A DNA stretch of 64,000 nucleotides from Octopus sinensis (GCF_006345805.1 NW_021824834.1:1648-65647); one strand, 5' to 3'; shown: positions 40,113-53,406, numbered from the stretch's first letter. A program made the numbers and translations. Notes: generated by a model not told the origin, from the letters alone.

Positions 40113-41872
40113 TGAAGAATGAATATATACTGCGCGTGTTTATTTGGCAATAAAAAAATGACCATCCCGAAATACAACAATAGCTGTTTCAACACACAGT
40201 TTCACATCAAGAACCTTGTAAAACAAATTCATAATGTAAAAATTTAAAAAAAGACACTAAAATATTTTCAAAGTGGTTTTAAATAAGTAAGAGTATGGAT
40301 ACGATCATTTCTGCGATGAAGAGAAGCCTACCTCCTGTGAATAGGATCTCGTCTTTTTGCATGGAGGAACCCATTCTCTACCCGGCTGAAATGAACTTCA
40401 CAACCATTCGAAAGGCCAACTGAGATGTAATAAAAGCCTGGAAGTAAACAACACTGACTACAGTTTTCATATGAGCCTATATTTGATTGCAAATATTTGC
40501 TAGAAAAAGCAGCCAAATCTATGGCAAACCACATTTCACTGTTTTAGACAAGGATATTGGCTAGAATACCTTTAGTTTAAATTTTTCTCCTCAATCCATC
40601 AATCCAGGGTGATCGGGAGTGGGGTTTAATAACAACACCAACCACAACAATACAATTAAATACCAAGCACATCAATAAAGAAATGTACACTTACCACATA
40701 ATATTTGATAAAGATTTCAGTTAATAGAAATAACAAGGTCAGAAACTGCCAAAATAATATCAATACCGGGGCTATATGAAGCATTCTCGAATTTATCCGT
40801 GAGCTGGTTTGTCTTTGTTTCTGTGATTCTCTTGGACCTTTTCTCTCCGATTTACTTTTTGGAAATAAGATCCAGCTCTTTATCTGTGGAAAACCTCTTA
40901 CCAAAAGTCAGAGACTGGTTTAGTTCAGAATTCTTTATTTATTTTTCTCTTTTTTAACTCAACTGTGTTTCCGCGTATTTACAATAATAAAAATGTTAAT
41001 GATTATTGAAGAAATGAAAATGGGAAGCCTTTATAAGATCTAGAGAATAGGAGAGGAATACAAATGAAAAGAAGAAAAAGGCAATATGTCAGGATCAATA
41101 TTCAAACAAAATCGTTAATTTTACTGGAAAAGATTTGAATATTCTTTCTTAATCAGATAGAAAGCATCCTGTTGTAAGGTAACATCACGCTTCAACCATC
41201 AGCAAGTCGGCTACTTATTCGAAAAGTTTTGTTTCTAGTCGTAGCTAGAAATTCTAACTTCAATGTTTGGAATTGGGTTCTTATAAAATAAACAAAATAA
41301 TTTGTGGGACATAAAAAAAAATATTTTAGTTAGTTTCGTTGTTTTTTACTTCCCTATTTCTTTCGCCACGTTATTAAGGAGTGGACTATTTGCTGCTTTT
41401 GTTATTTTCTTTTACACCCACAAATCCGTCAGTCGTATATTGCTTGAAGAAAATTCATAAATTCTGTGCGCGCTATATATATATATATTTTTTTTTGGAC
41501 TGTTCCTTTTTAAACCGACTAAACAGTAGAAATTCCAGTAGGCTCCGCAGCTAATAGCTTTGATTAGTTGAGGAAGACTACGAAAGGTTAAAACAACTTA
41601 ACTCCAAATGTTGCTACAAACCGGCGTCGTTGTTATAGTAACTCAAACTTGAAATTTTAAAATTTATCACTTACGTCATACACACCGCATCTAGTTTGTT
41701 CCATCTTCTGCAGCTTGCTTCCCCGCCACCACCAGCATCAACAACTTCCTTTTTTCTTTTTCTTTCATTTTCTATTTCTTTTTACTTAAATGTTATTACT
41801 TTTTTTCCTGTATTGAAAGTGAAACAAAGTTATATTAACATTCATGTAAATGTTTCACTTTTTAAAATATAT

Positions 41873-42104
41873 ATTTCTTTACTACCCACAAGGGGCTAAA
41901 CATAGAGGGGACAAACAAGGACAGACATAGGTATTAAGTCGATTACATCGACCCCAGTGCGTAACTGGTACTTTATTTATCGACCCCGAAAGCATGAAAG
42001 GCAAAGTCGACCTCGGCGGAATTCGAACTCAGAACGTAACGACAGACGAAATACCGCTAAGCATTTCGCCCGGCGTGCTAACGTTTCTGCCAGCTCGCCG
42101 CCTT
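41873..42104 (-). mobile_element. Family B SINE, full length
   Basis: TSD cacttttt(a/c)aaatata on both sides and ccccttgtgggtagtaaagaaa tail. Confidence 0.9.
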
Positions 42105-42559
42105 CACTTTTTCAAATATAGTTTAAGTACATTAGCAAAAAGTGAAAAACATGAAATATAAAGTAAACAAACCATTTATTCATAGGCATGTCTCAATACT
42201 CATTGGTCAGCATTTACAATTTGGTGTATTTCAGAATGTTACAACTTAATGAAGGAACTGTTTGTTCATGTGTTCTGATCTTTTAATGTTTCATATCTTC
42301 TCCCTCCCTTGATTTCTGACTTGCATTATTTTCACACAAAGGTAGTTTGCTGGAGACTTCTACATATAACGATAGTATAATTACGGGAAAACTATCACAA
42401 ATTTCTACGTGAATATGTATGTATGAATCTGTATGTGCGTGTGTCTGTGTGTGCGTGTGTCAGTGCATGTGTGTCTGTGAATGTGCGTGCGCACGCGTGT
42501 GTTTCGTTTTTTACTTCTTTCAGTCATTTGTCTGAAGGGAGTCGTGGGGGCTTCTATTT

Positions 42560-43110
42560 ACACCACCTACAAGCGATTCTCTCAGCGTTGCCTTTGCATC
42601 ATCCCCTGCATCCACTAATGTGACTTCATCACTAACTTCGAGGTCCTTGAGCAAGCAAAGGGTCATCAGCGTCGAAGCAACTCTGCTGCAGATACAGCTA
42701 CCCTGGGCAGGACACGTTGCCAGGATGGTCGATCCAAGATCACGTCGAATGGCGAACTCTCCTCTGATCACCGTGATAAAGGACCACCAAAGAAGAAGTG
42801 CAAGGACTCCCTAAAGAAATCTCTTGTTACCTGTGACGTTCATCATACCAGTGATCTGTTTTTGTCGCTGACCGTGAAGCCTGGCATCTCACTGTTCTCT
42901 GACCACCACCCTTCTTTGAAGACACTCGCAGGACCATCCTGGGAGACGGGGGAAAAAAAAGAAGGAAAAACAAGGACACTGAGCCTACTCTCCCATGCAG
43001 CCTCTGTGGTCGTGCTTGTTTGTCCCGAATCGGACTTGTTGAACATTAGCAAGCCTGGAACAGACATGGACATTCCTCTTTGTAAATCTTTGCTCGCGAA
43101 ACCAAGCCAA
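42560..43110 (+). mobile_element. RTE-clade LINE 3' fragment, decayed
   Basis: ITNFEVLEQA, QL.WAGHVARM, KDSLKKSL, DREAW and CSLCGRACLSRIGL motifs. Confidence 0.75.
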
Positions 43111-43179
43111 GAATGTGTTGTGTGTGATTCACACACACACACACACACACACGCACATATATATATATATGTGTGAGCA

Positions 43180-43545
43180 AAACGCCCCCCCCCCCGTCCA
43201 ATGGACGGTGCTGAATTGTCAAACATTTAAACCAAATTTTCTCAAAACAACTTGTCCGACCGTCCCATAGGCCTCCCCTTTGAGAAACACTGATTTAACC
43301 TAAATTTGAGACACCGTGCATTTTTCTCGCGTACGCGTAGTATCGATCGGAACAGCTGATGTATTTGCGCGTACAAATACACGTTCCCACGGCTTTATCG
43401 ATCGCATTCTAACCTGGAGTCGATTTTTGTAATTTTTTCAAGACTTATACACGCCCTGATACCGTCGGCATCTACATATCAAATTTGAGCGCAATCGGAT
43501 GGAGGATGCCCGAGATCCTAGAAGACATACACGCAGACAGACAGA
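43180..43545 (+). mobile_element. Possible non-autonomous Helitron/DINE-like element
   Basis: caaatttgagcgcaatcggatg..acagacagacagaacggattttat end resembles DINE-type repeats. Resemblance only. Confidence 0.3.
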
Positions 43546-43736
43546 ACGGATTTTATGTAATACTCTTATACACACACACGCACCTTTGTGTTGGGGGCAC
43601 CTTCATATTGGAAGTCACTTGACCCTGTTATCTCCCCTACTGTCCTCTCGCCTCTGACCACTGTCCGAAGTCAGGACGCCATGATAGATCCTTAGCTCCT
43701 ACACGCATTTTTTTCTCTACTTGTTTTTTCTGTGTA

Positions 43737-43774
43737 TCTTTCTGTCGAAGAGCGTAGGCTCGAAACGTAAAAGA
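43737..43774 (+). ncRNA. Minimal hammerhead-like motif with A6U core (module 43680-43870)
   Basis: ucuuu-CUGUCGA-A-GAGC(guag)GCUC-GAA-ACGU-A-aaaga. Stem I 5 bp, GUA triplet. Confidence 0.6.
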
Positions 43775-43924
43775 CTTTTTCTATTTCTATTCCTGAGCGC
43801 TATACTAATACATTTGTTTGTTGTACTCCACCTGCCTTCGTCTTTTGTTTATTTTCGTAAACTTTCCCGTTATATATATATATATATACATACATATGAA
43901 GGATACCTTTATAAGAAATATTAA

Positions 43925-44340
43925 TATTGGCTTCAAATTTTCGCACAAAGCCAGCTAGGTCGGGGGGGGAAATGTTAGTCGATTACTTTGACCTCAGTGC
44001 TCAACTAATACTTATTTTATCGATCCCCAAAGGAATAAAAGGCAAAGTCGATCTTGGCGGAATTTGAACTCAGAACATAAAGACGGACAAAATGCAACTA
44101 AGCAGTTTGTTCGGCGGGCTAACGATTCTGCTATCTCCCCGCCTGAAAAGAAAAATTACTAAAGAAAGAAAAAAGGCAACGAGCTACAGAATAGTTACCG
44201 CGCCAGGCAAAATGCTTAGTGGCATTTCATCTTCACGTTCCTCACGTTCTGAGTTCAAACTCCGTCGAGGTCAATAAAATGAGGACCAGTTGAGTATTCT
44301 ACTTATCCCCTTCCCCGAAATTGCTGGCCTTGTGATCAAT
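43925..44340. mobile_element. Inverted pair of diverged family B SINEs
   Basis: Minus copy at 43925-44140 and plus copy at 44185-44340. Confidence 0.65.
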
Positions 44341-44558
44341 ATTAACTAAGTTTCGTTATAAGTGCAGAACAGGTATTCATAATTTTATTGACAGTGACTT
44401 CGAAATTTCGTCTGTAAGTATCATTGGCAGTAAAACCATTCATACGAAAAATGGATGGTTAGATGCAAGCATATAAGTTTACGTATCTGGTGTTAGCTAA
44501 ACAGGCCAAAACTTCGAAGTCACAATCTACACTATTCTTGTTTAAGAATAATAAATAT

Positions 44559-44967
44559 GGGTGCAGGAGTGGCTGTGTGGTAAGTAGCTTGTTTACCAAC
44601 CACATCGTTCCGGGTTCAGTCCCACTGCGTGGCACCTTGGGCGAGTGTCTTCTACTATAGCCTCGGGCCGACCAAAGCCTTGTGAGTGGATTTGGTAGAC
44701 GGAAACTGAAAGAAGCCCGTCGTATATATTATATATATATGCGTGTGTGTGTTGTGTGTCTGTTTGTCCCCCTAGCATTGCTTGACAACCGATGCTGGTG
44801 TATTTATGTCCCCGTTACTTAGCGATTCGGCAAAAGAGACCGATAGAATAAGTACTGGGCTTACAAAACAATAAGTCCCGGGGTCGATTTGCTCGACTAA
44901 AGGCGGTGCTCCAGCATGGCCGCAGTCAAATGACTGAAACAAGTAAAAGAGTAAAAGAGTAAAAGAG
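44559..44967 (+). mobile_element. Family A SINE, full length
   Basis: Complete head, CORE-like block and (TAAAAGAG)n tail. Confidence 0.9.
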
Positions 44968-45044
44968 TGTGTATCCTACAAAAAGTATTGACTGAGTCTT
45001 CAATTCAATGTAAAATAGTTTTCATTAAACTCGACATAAAAACA

Positions 45045-45081
<37 letters not shown>

Positions 45082-45606
45082 TTCTGTGTGTGTGAGTGAA
45101 TGTATGAGCATATGTATGCACAGACGTACACACATACACACATACACATTTTCTCTTTCGCCCGCTCATTTTTCTCGTCTTTCTTCTTTCTTTCCCTTGT
45201 TCTTTCTCTTCTACCCAGACTTTTCTACGTATATTCAACACCCTCTCTCTCTCCCCTTCTACTCTCTCTCTCATTCTCTCTCTCCTTCCCTCCTCTCTCT
45301 CTCTTTCTACTTTCTCACACACACACCTCTCTCTCTCTAATTGAAAAAAATTGCTGTTCTGTCAATATTCTCCGCAAAAAAAAGAGAGAAAAGAAACGGA
45401 GAAAAATAAACACAAAAAAATTGTTTAAATAAATGAAAATGTTTTTATAAAATGGCCAAATAAACAAGACATAAATAAAACTTTAATTCCAGCTTCTGGA
45501 AATCTACGAATACATGAAACTAACCAGAAACTTCATCCATGTGAACGTGTCTGCAAGAATTTGTGTGTTTGAGCGTATGTGTGATGTGTGTGGATTGCAT
45601 GTGTGC

Positions 45607-45669
<63 letters not shown>

Positions 45670-45743
45670 GTTAAGCACAAATATATATATATATACACAT
45701 ACACACACATATACATACATATTTGTAACTGTATATATATGTG

Positions 45744-45785
<42 letters not shown>

Positions 45786-45836
45786 GCATCGTTAGCTCCT
45801 ACACGCATTTTTTCTCTCCTTGTTTTTTTCTGTGTA

Positions 45837-45874
45837 TCTTTCTGTCGAAGAGCGTAGGCTCGAAACATAAAAGA
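45837..45874 (+). ncRNA. Second copy of the A6U hammerhead-like motif (module 45792-45975), helix III mutated
   Basis: Identical to 43737-43774 except GAAACAUA instead of GAAACGUA. Confidence 0.5.
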
Positions 45875-46139
45875 CTTTTTCTATTTCTATTCCTGAGCGC
45901 TATACTAATACATTTGTTTGTTTGAACTCCACCTGCCTTCGTCTTTTGTTTATTTTCGTAAACTTTCCCGTTATATATATACACACACACACACACACAT
46001 TACCTGGATATCCTTGTTGCTTATTTTGATATAGATATATATATATATAGTGTAATAAATAAAAATATATGCATACATACAAACATTATGTACGTACCGA
46101 CATCTACATGTATATATACATGATATATAAATATATATA

Positions 46140-46330
46140 CGTACAGGACATCACAAGAAGACGAAAAAATCAACAGAACGAAAACGGAGAAGACATTTTG
46201 TTACAACAGAAGGACAGAGACGGGAACAAGACGAAACGAAAACGAAAACGGGAAAACAATTAAGTGCAGCAGAAAAACGAAGTACAGGACATGCTACACA
46301 AGGAAAAATTCCCTTCATCAGCTGTCGCTA
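46140..46330. repeat. Purine-rich interspersed repeat, related to 60417-60600
   Basis: Both start gtacaggaca, contain gaaacgaaaac and end acacaaggaaaaa..cccttc(a/t)tcag. Confidence 0.55.
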
Positions 46331-46428
46331 TATATATATATTATCTAAATCTGATTTTTATAGAACTATCCCTGATGTTTCATGAGTGTAGCCTCACCCC
46401 CTTAGATGTTTTGAGAACTCAGATGTTT

Positions 46429-46518
46429 TTTCGGCTGATGAGTACGGGTCACGTGTATTTGCTGCAATATTTGCAGCCTTAATAAAGGTGGTCTTCGTAC
46501 GAAACAATTGTACCGAAA
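46429..46518 (+). ncRNA. Hammerhead ribozyme with fully canonical core and extended, branched stem II
   Basis: uuucgg-CUGAUGA-GUACG..(49 nt)..CGUAC-GAA-ACAAUUGU-A-ccgaaa. Stem I 6 bp, predicted cleavage after 46512. Confidence 0.85.
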
Positions 46519-46664
46519 TATTGATCCATTTTTGTTGCTTTTTTCTTGTTTATAATCACACCGCATTATCTTATGGTTAATACCATATAGATTTCTGGTG
46601 CATCTAAGTTAAGTACCCCATCATGCGAATTCAACAGAACTCACTTGAATCTTAATTGCTTTCA

Positions 46665-46739
<75 letters not shown>

Positions 46740-46803
46740 TTAACAGAATGAGATTAAAAAGATCCAAGGCTGTAAAAGATTTCAGAACATTTATAAAGAG
46801 AAG

Positions 46804-46849
46804 GTCTTACAGCTGTTTCCGTGATATTTTTATATTCCTTCATCAGAGA
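46804..46849 (-). ncRNA. Hammerhead-like motif, ACAGCTGT family, stem II decayed
   Basis: ucu-CUGAUGA-A-ggaauauaaaaauaucac-G-GAA-ACAGCUGU-A-aga. Flanks homologous to 62935-63056. Confidence 0.5.
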
Positions 46850-47085
46850 TGTTGCGAGAAAATGGTTAAGCAATACTTATTATAGAGAAGCTATGAAATA
46901 CAGAGTGAAGGGAGGAATGGAAACAGACGTGAGATACGTAAGGATATTGTATCTGCAGTTCCATTATTTAAGCAGAATGGTATACATATAAGTTTTCTGT
47001 ACATTGTGTGTGAGTTCCGGTTGTCATTCCAAGCATAGAGTCTTGTATATATAACACTTATGCACAAATACATACAAATTTGTAA

Positions 47086-47141
<56 letters not shown>

Positions 47142-47916
47142 ACTAGGTTGAAACATTGTACTATAAATATTGAAAGTTATTCACTTAGATTGTATTGGAC
47201 ATAGAAGAAATGTCTACCAACTTTCATGTAGACTATAGAACTGTTTCTTTTTGCAATAGCATCATGGCTACATATAAACTTCTGATCTATGATCCCTAGT
47301 GTTTCATCAGTCCAGAGATTGAGCAAACACCGCACAGACTTTGCCTTATACGTAATACAAGGTAGCTAAATGAAACTTTGGGGAAAACTAAACTAAAAAC
47401 TATATATGTACTATAATTTATTGAACTCAAATATTACAACAAACAAAAATACAAATAGCTTTTCTTAGGCGAATAGCCTGGTGTCTCGAAGATATAAATA
47501 CGAAAAGAATATAAATATTATAATAATTCTATTGAATTATTCCATTAAAGGGCAGACGCACAAATTTAATGGGAATATATAGTAACAATATATCTCTGTG
47601 AATAGCATACTTCTGACACATAGAATAATGAAGGAGATAATTGAAGGTCAAACATTATAAAACGTGAAAAATAGACCATGAACAATTCTCCTTTTTTATT
47701 TTTCACAGAACTTTCATTTAGTTTTGTTGTGTCTGGGGAAAGTCACCGGTTCAATTTCCATTCATCTATTTTTTTTATTCTGAAATTTTCGTTGGTTCTT
47801 GCAACGTCTTCAATAGTTGTTGACGATGTCCGTCATCGGAGGTACGTTTCAACCATTTTGGTTTTTTGTTTGCTTGTTTGTGCGCATATGTGTGCGTCAG
47901 CACCCATGTGTATACC

Positions 47917-48148
47917 TATTTCTTTATTACCCACAAGGGGCTACACACAGAGGGAACAAATAAGGACAGACATAGGTATTAAGTCGATTACATCGACCCC
48001 AGTGCGTAACTGGTACTTAATTTATCGATCTCGAAAGGATGAAAGGCAAAGTCGACCTCGGCGGAATTTGAACTCAGAACATAACGGCAGACGAAACACC
48101 GCTAAGCATTTCGCCCGGCGTGCTAACGTTTCTGCCAGCTCGCCGCCT
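47917..48148 (-). mobile_element. Family B SINE, full length
   Basis: Same sequence as 41873-42104, flanked by tgtgtat(a/t)cc. Confidence 0.88.
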
Positions 48149-48519
48149 TGTGTATTCCATGTATGTGTATACCATGTATGTATGTATGTATGTATGTATG
48201 TATAGGCATATATGCATGTATGTGTGTGTGTATTCTGCATATTATGTATTCTGCATATTTATGTGTTTGTATGTTATCCCTCTTAGACGGGCATTTTTTT
48301 TTCAGTGGGGACTATTTGCAACATTTTGGAAAAGGACCTGTAGCTCCTTTAAGAAGGCACTAGAGACTCGGAACCACTTCCATTGTCTTCCTCGGAAAAT
48401 CTTAGACAAGAAGTAACTTTTAGATTTTATGTAGATGTTATAGCCTTTCTTCATATAAAACTACAGATTGTCAGATACACACATATATATCTATATAATC
48501 ACAAGCACAGACACACAGA

Positions 48520-48721
48520 AATATATATATATGTATATATAATATATATAATATATATATATCTAATATATATATATATATATATTATATATATTATATA
48601 TATATATATATTGATATATTATATGTATATAATATATATAACATATATATATATATAAATATATAAATATATATATATAAATATATATATATATACATAT
48701 ATAATCTTTATTATATATATG

Positions 48722-48752
<31 letters not shown>

Positions 48753-48925
48753 ATATAATATATATATATATATAGATACATATATATATATATGTATGTA
48801 TATACATATATATATACATATATAATCTTTATTATATATATGTATAATATATATATAAAATTATATATATACATATTAATCTTTATTATATATATGTATA
48901 TATATCTATATATATATATTGTATG

Positions 48926-49003
<78 letters not shown>

Positions 49004-49600
49004 TATGTATGTATATACATATATATATACATTATAATCTTTATTATATATATGTATATATATAGTTCATTGCTAAACCTCGCTAAGATAAATATTCAAT
49101 TAACCTGAAGATTGACTGTAACCATAACTCGGATTATTACGAATTGTACAGCCATGAAACGATCGTAGTGTTTTACTCTTTATCTTTTATTAAACTTTTA
49201 ATACTTTGATATATATTTAAAATAATATAAATTAATTAATTTATGTATTGGCTTATGTTTTTCATTGTTTGATTTACCTATAGTGTTTTTATCTCTAATT
49301 TGATATAATATAATATAATATATTTTACTATAAAATTGGATTTAATCCTTAATCTGATTTTTCCCTGTAAGTTTGGATTTATTCCCTAATATTTTATTAT
49401 TATTATATTATTATTATTATTCTTATATATATATATATATATATGTATATACATATATATACATATATAATCTTTATTATATATATGTATATATATATGT
49501 GTCTGTGTGTGTATATATATATGTATATATAAATTAATATATAATATACATATATAATCTTTATTATATATATGTATGTATGTATATATATATGATTGAT
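48520..49600. repeat. Complex (TA)n minisatellite with recurrent TAATCTTTATTATATATATGTAT unit
   Basis: Unit seen near 48700, 48823, 48876, 49035, 49467 and 49554, interrupted by a unique module at about 49060-49420. Confidence 0.85.
49103..49169 (+). ncRNA. Hammerhead motif, ACGATCGT family
   Basis: ac-CUGAAGA-U-UGACUGUA..(26 nt)..UACAGCCA-U-GAA-ACGAUCGU-A-gu. Stem II 7 of 8 bp, stem I only 2 bp. Confidence 0.65.
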
Positions 49601-49664
49601 GATTGATTGATTCTAGTTTCAAGCTTATGAGCTGTGGCCATGCTGGGGCACCGCCATTTGGTGT

Positions 49665-49805
49665 TGCTACTTGGTTTCACTTCATGGAGGCTTTCTAGCA
49701 CTGCTATTTGGTGCATGAGAGGTTCGATGCAGCTGCCCTCATCTGCCCCTCCTGCCGTGAAGTTGGTTCATCTGGGACAACTGACAGGAAGAGATCCAGC
49801 TTCAT
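49665..49805 (-). mobile_element. CR1-group LINE extreme 3' remnant
   Basis: LDLFLSVVPDEP..MRAAASN motif. Confidence 0.5.
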
Positions 49806-50059
49806 TTTAAAGACATATATATATATTATATATATATATAATATATAATATATATATATAATATAATATAATATATATATATATATGTATGTATGTATAT
49901 GTATATATATATAATTTTTATTATATATTCATATATATACATATATATACACTTGCCTATATATATGTGTGTTGGATTTATGTGTGTGTGAGTGTGTGTA
50001 TGTCTGTCTGCCTCTCTGTGTGTAAATATGTATATACATATATGTTCGCATTCAACACA

Positions 50060-50990
50060 TACGACGTGTAATGCGCGTTCGTGGGATTGTCGTTTTCACC
50101 GAACGCATCGAGTTTTGCCAAAAGCTTGGTGATACTCAAGCTCAAACCATTCTGAGATACGGCAGGCTTTTCGTGATGATACCATGAGCAAAACTCAGAT
50201 CAGTGGAGAGCGAAGGACGTTCAGACAGGCCATCCACAAGCCAAAACGAAAAGCCGGTCGAGGGGGTTCGGTGAATATTCATGAAAGACCGTCGCGTAAC
50301 AATCCAGGAAACTGCTCATGAAGTTGGAATATGCATAGGATCAGTACATACCACTTTAACAGATGATTTGTGCATGCGGAGAGTGTCAGCGAAATTCGTC
50401 CCCAAGCTGTTTGTAGAGCAGTCGAAGCAATTACGCTTGGAAATCACCCAGGATATGCAGGACCGTGCAAACCACGACCCGGACTTCATGGAGACCAATA
50501 TCCGTTTCTTTATTAACCACAAGGGGCTAAACATAGAGGGGACAAACGGATTAAGTCGATTACATCGACCCCAGTACTTAACTGATACTTAATTTATCGA
50601 CCCCGAAAGGATGAAAGGCAAAGTCGACCGCGGCGGAATTTGAACTCAGAACGTAACGCCAGACGAAATACGGCTACGCATTTCGCCCGGCGTGCTAACG
50701 TTTCTGCCAGCTCGCCGCCTTGGAGACCAATATCACTGTGATGAGACATGGGTTCATGGTGTCTGCCTGCTGCGTTCGGTCATCTTGCGAGAAAACGAAA
50801 ATCCGACGAGTACCCACAACATGTCTGTACTGTAGACGTAACAGCGGGAACCGACGAGGCTTGCCGGTGCGAAAATTTGTATGATTGTGCAGAAAAGGCA
50901 GCGTCACCTTCCACGCAAACAGTTTTGCTCTCATGGCATTAGTTTTGCTAAGAACAGATGAAGTTGGATACTTTTTGAACGCAGTTCGTA
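50060..50990 (+). mobile_element. Mariner transposase pseudogene (N-terminal half), rearranged
   Basis: FCQKLG, DRRVTI, RRVSAKFVPK (WVP motif) and IT.DETWVH. Mariner TIR acttttgaacgcagttcg-TA at 50990. Confidence 0.85.
50503..50720 (-). mobile_element. Family B SINE inserted into the mariner ORF
   Basis: Perfect 14-bp TSD tggagaccaatatc at 50489-50502 and 50721-50734. Confidence 0.92.
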
Positions 50991-51992
50991 TATATAATAT
51001 ACATATATATGAATGCATATATGTATATTCATACATTTGATTGCGTATCTTGCATGTATATGACTATGTAAATATATATATATATATATGTTTGTACGTA
51101 TGTATGTATGTATTATGTATGTATTATGTATATATATATTGATATATCTATACATGTGTGTGTGTGTGTGCGCGCGCGCGCCCGTATGTGTGTAATACCT
51201 CTTTTATTATCTCGCTTCTCCTCCCCCCACTACCACCAACTCCATTACTTTTCCTCATCTTCGTTTTACTCCTGCTCTTCCTCTTCCTCCCCTTCCTTGT
51301 CCTCATCCATCTTTTTTTTTTCACCGCCTTTATGCCCCACATTCACCGCAAACTCATTGAAACCGCAGTATTAATTAACTTATTGACGCGAACAGTTTTC
51401 TAATATCGCTCCATCAACCACTACCACCACCACCACTGACACCGCCACCACCACTACAAACATCCCCCTTCCTTACATACACTACAACACCGCCATAATT
51501 CTCCTAATAAAACACAAACAGTTCAGTTAAGACCCAATCTACGCAAGTCATCAACCAAATTAATAAGCTACAGCGCTGCTTGTCACTGCACCAATCCAGT
51601 GCTACTGACGCGAAAGTTAAAGGACGAAAATGTCAAAATTCGAAGCAAGATTTATGAACCATATGCGCTACAAGTTAATGTGTGTGTGTGTGTGTGAACG
51701 TGCGGTTATGAACATATATTCATGTTACCAGCATTTATACAGAGCCTCTCCAGATACACGCACTCAGTCATGCGCACGTATATACATATACATATATATA
51801 TATATATACTCCAAGCATACATACTCATGTATACTCGTACCAATAAATGCGTGTTTATCGGTCAATAAATATCCACGTACAGCCACACACGTAAACACAC
51901 ATTTAGTTATGTATGTGTATATCACATAGGTATGTATATGTGTGTAGAAATTACATGTAAATATACATGTAAATATATATATATATATATAT

Positions 51993-52081
<89 letters not shown>

Positions 52082-52184
52082 TTAATATCATTATTGTTAT
52101 ATATACATATATACCCTAGTGGATGCGTTCATTTAAGTGTATGTACATATATGCAACTATATATATGTATATTTATATATGTAC

Positions 52185-52247
<63 letters not shown>

Positions 52248-53084
52248 TGTTTGTGTTTGTATGTATGTGCACATATGTATATATATATACATGTATATAT
52301 ATATATATTATATATATATATATATACACGCACATACATATTACATATACTATACATATACATATATACATATGTGTGTGTGTGTGATCAATGTAACTGA
52401 TGAGCAAGTAGATGTATCAGTTCATTGCCTTAGAAATATGTAGCACATCACTAAGGTGTTGTTGGGATGATTAGAAGCTGCTGTTGTAACTGTAAAGGTA
52501 ACAGGGAGAAAACATTGTGTTGAATAAAAAAAAAAAAGACTTTTAAACTACTCAGATGCTTTGTAGATGAGTCTGACTAGGTATATCAGTTGTGCTTGTA
52601 TGCATCAGGTGTTCCGGCTGAAAGTAGATGACCAGTTATATAATGTGTAACCACCAGGTCTAGTCTTTGTCGCAGTATGGTTGCTTCTGTGCTTCACCGA
52701 CCCTCAAAGTTATTCCAGCGGTGCATAATTTCCTGGTATTGCTTCCCACGCTATACAGGTCAAATGGTGGAAGATATTGATAATTTTATGTCCATCAGCC
52801 TATTACTGAAAATTAACCGTCTTCTACTCTACTTTTATTATCTTATTTTATCTTATTTTATTTTATTTTATTATCTCTCATCTTCTTCCCTGCCTATCCT
52901 ACTAACAGTGTTACCACATTATTTAACTTCTATGTGTGTGTATTTGTGTGTATGTATATAATTTGGGCATACACGTTGTAATATGCCGTCTAAAACCCCT
53001 TCTCAGTATTCGGCCGCCTGATGTCATCAACAATATGGAGGTATATTCCACTAGATTCACTTCAGGAAATCCTTTATGTCCGTA

Positions 53085-53406
53085 GAGAAAGGAAATGAAG
53101 ATCACGAGACTCTTTCTTATTCACTACGACCGTTTCGACCCATCGTGCACGGGTGCCTTGTGGGTGAGATGCTATACAAACAGGTTGTGTTGCATTATGG
53201 ATACAGGTGTGTGTCTCGTCATGTAACTTGTCAAAAGGTATCTTTTGACAAATCACCTGATCTTTGACAAGTCACCAGGCGAGACACATCTACACCAATG
53301 ATGCAACAAAACTGTTGCATCTCACATGTGATGTACCAATGCTCGACGGGTCGAAACAATCGTAGTGAATAGTAAAGTGCTTCGTGAATTTCATTTTCCA
53401 TCTCTC
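53085..53406. repeat. Foldback/MITE-like imperfect palindrome
   Basis: tattcactacgaccgtttcgaccc pairs with gggtcgaaacaatcgtagtgaata. Central ttgtcaaaag/cttttgacaa. Confidence 0.75.

Noticed and set aside
47820-47865. Hairpin plus GAAACGTA on the minus strand
   Set aside because: No CUGANGA-like core precedes the hairpin.
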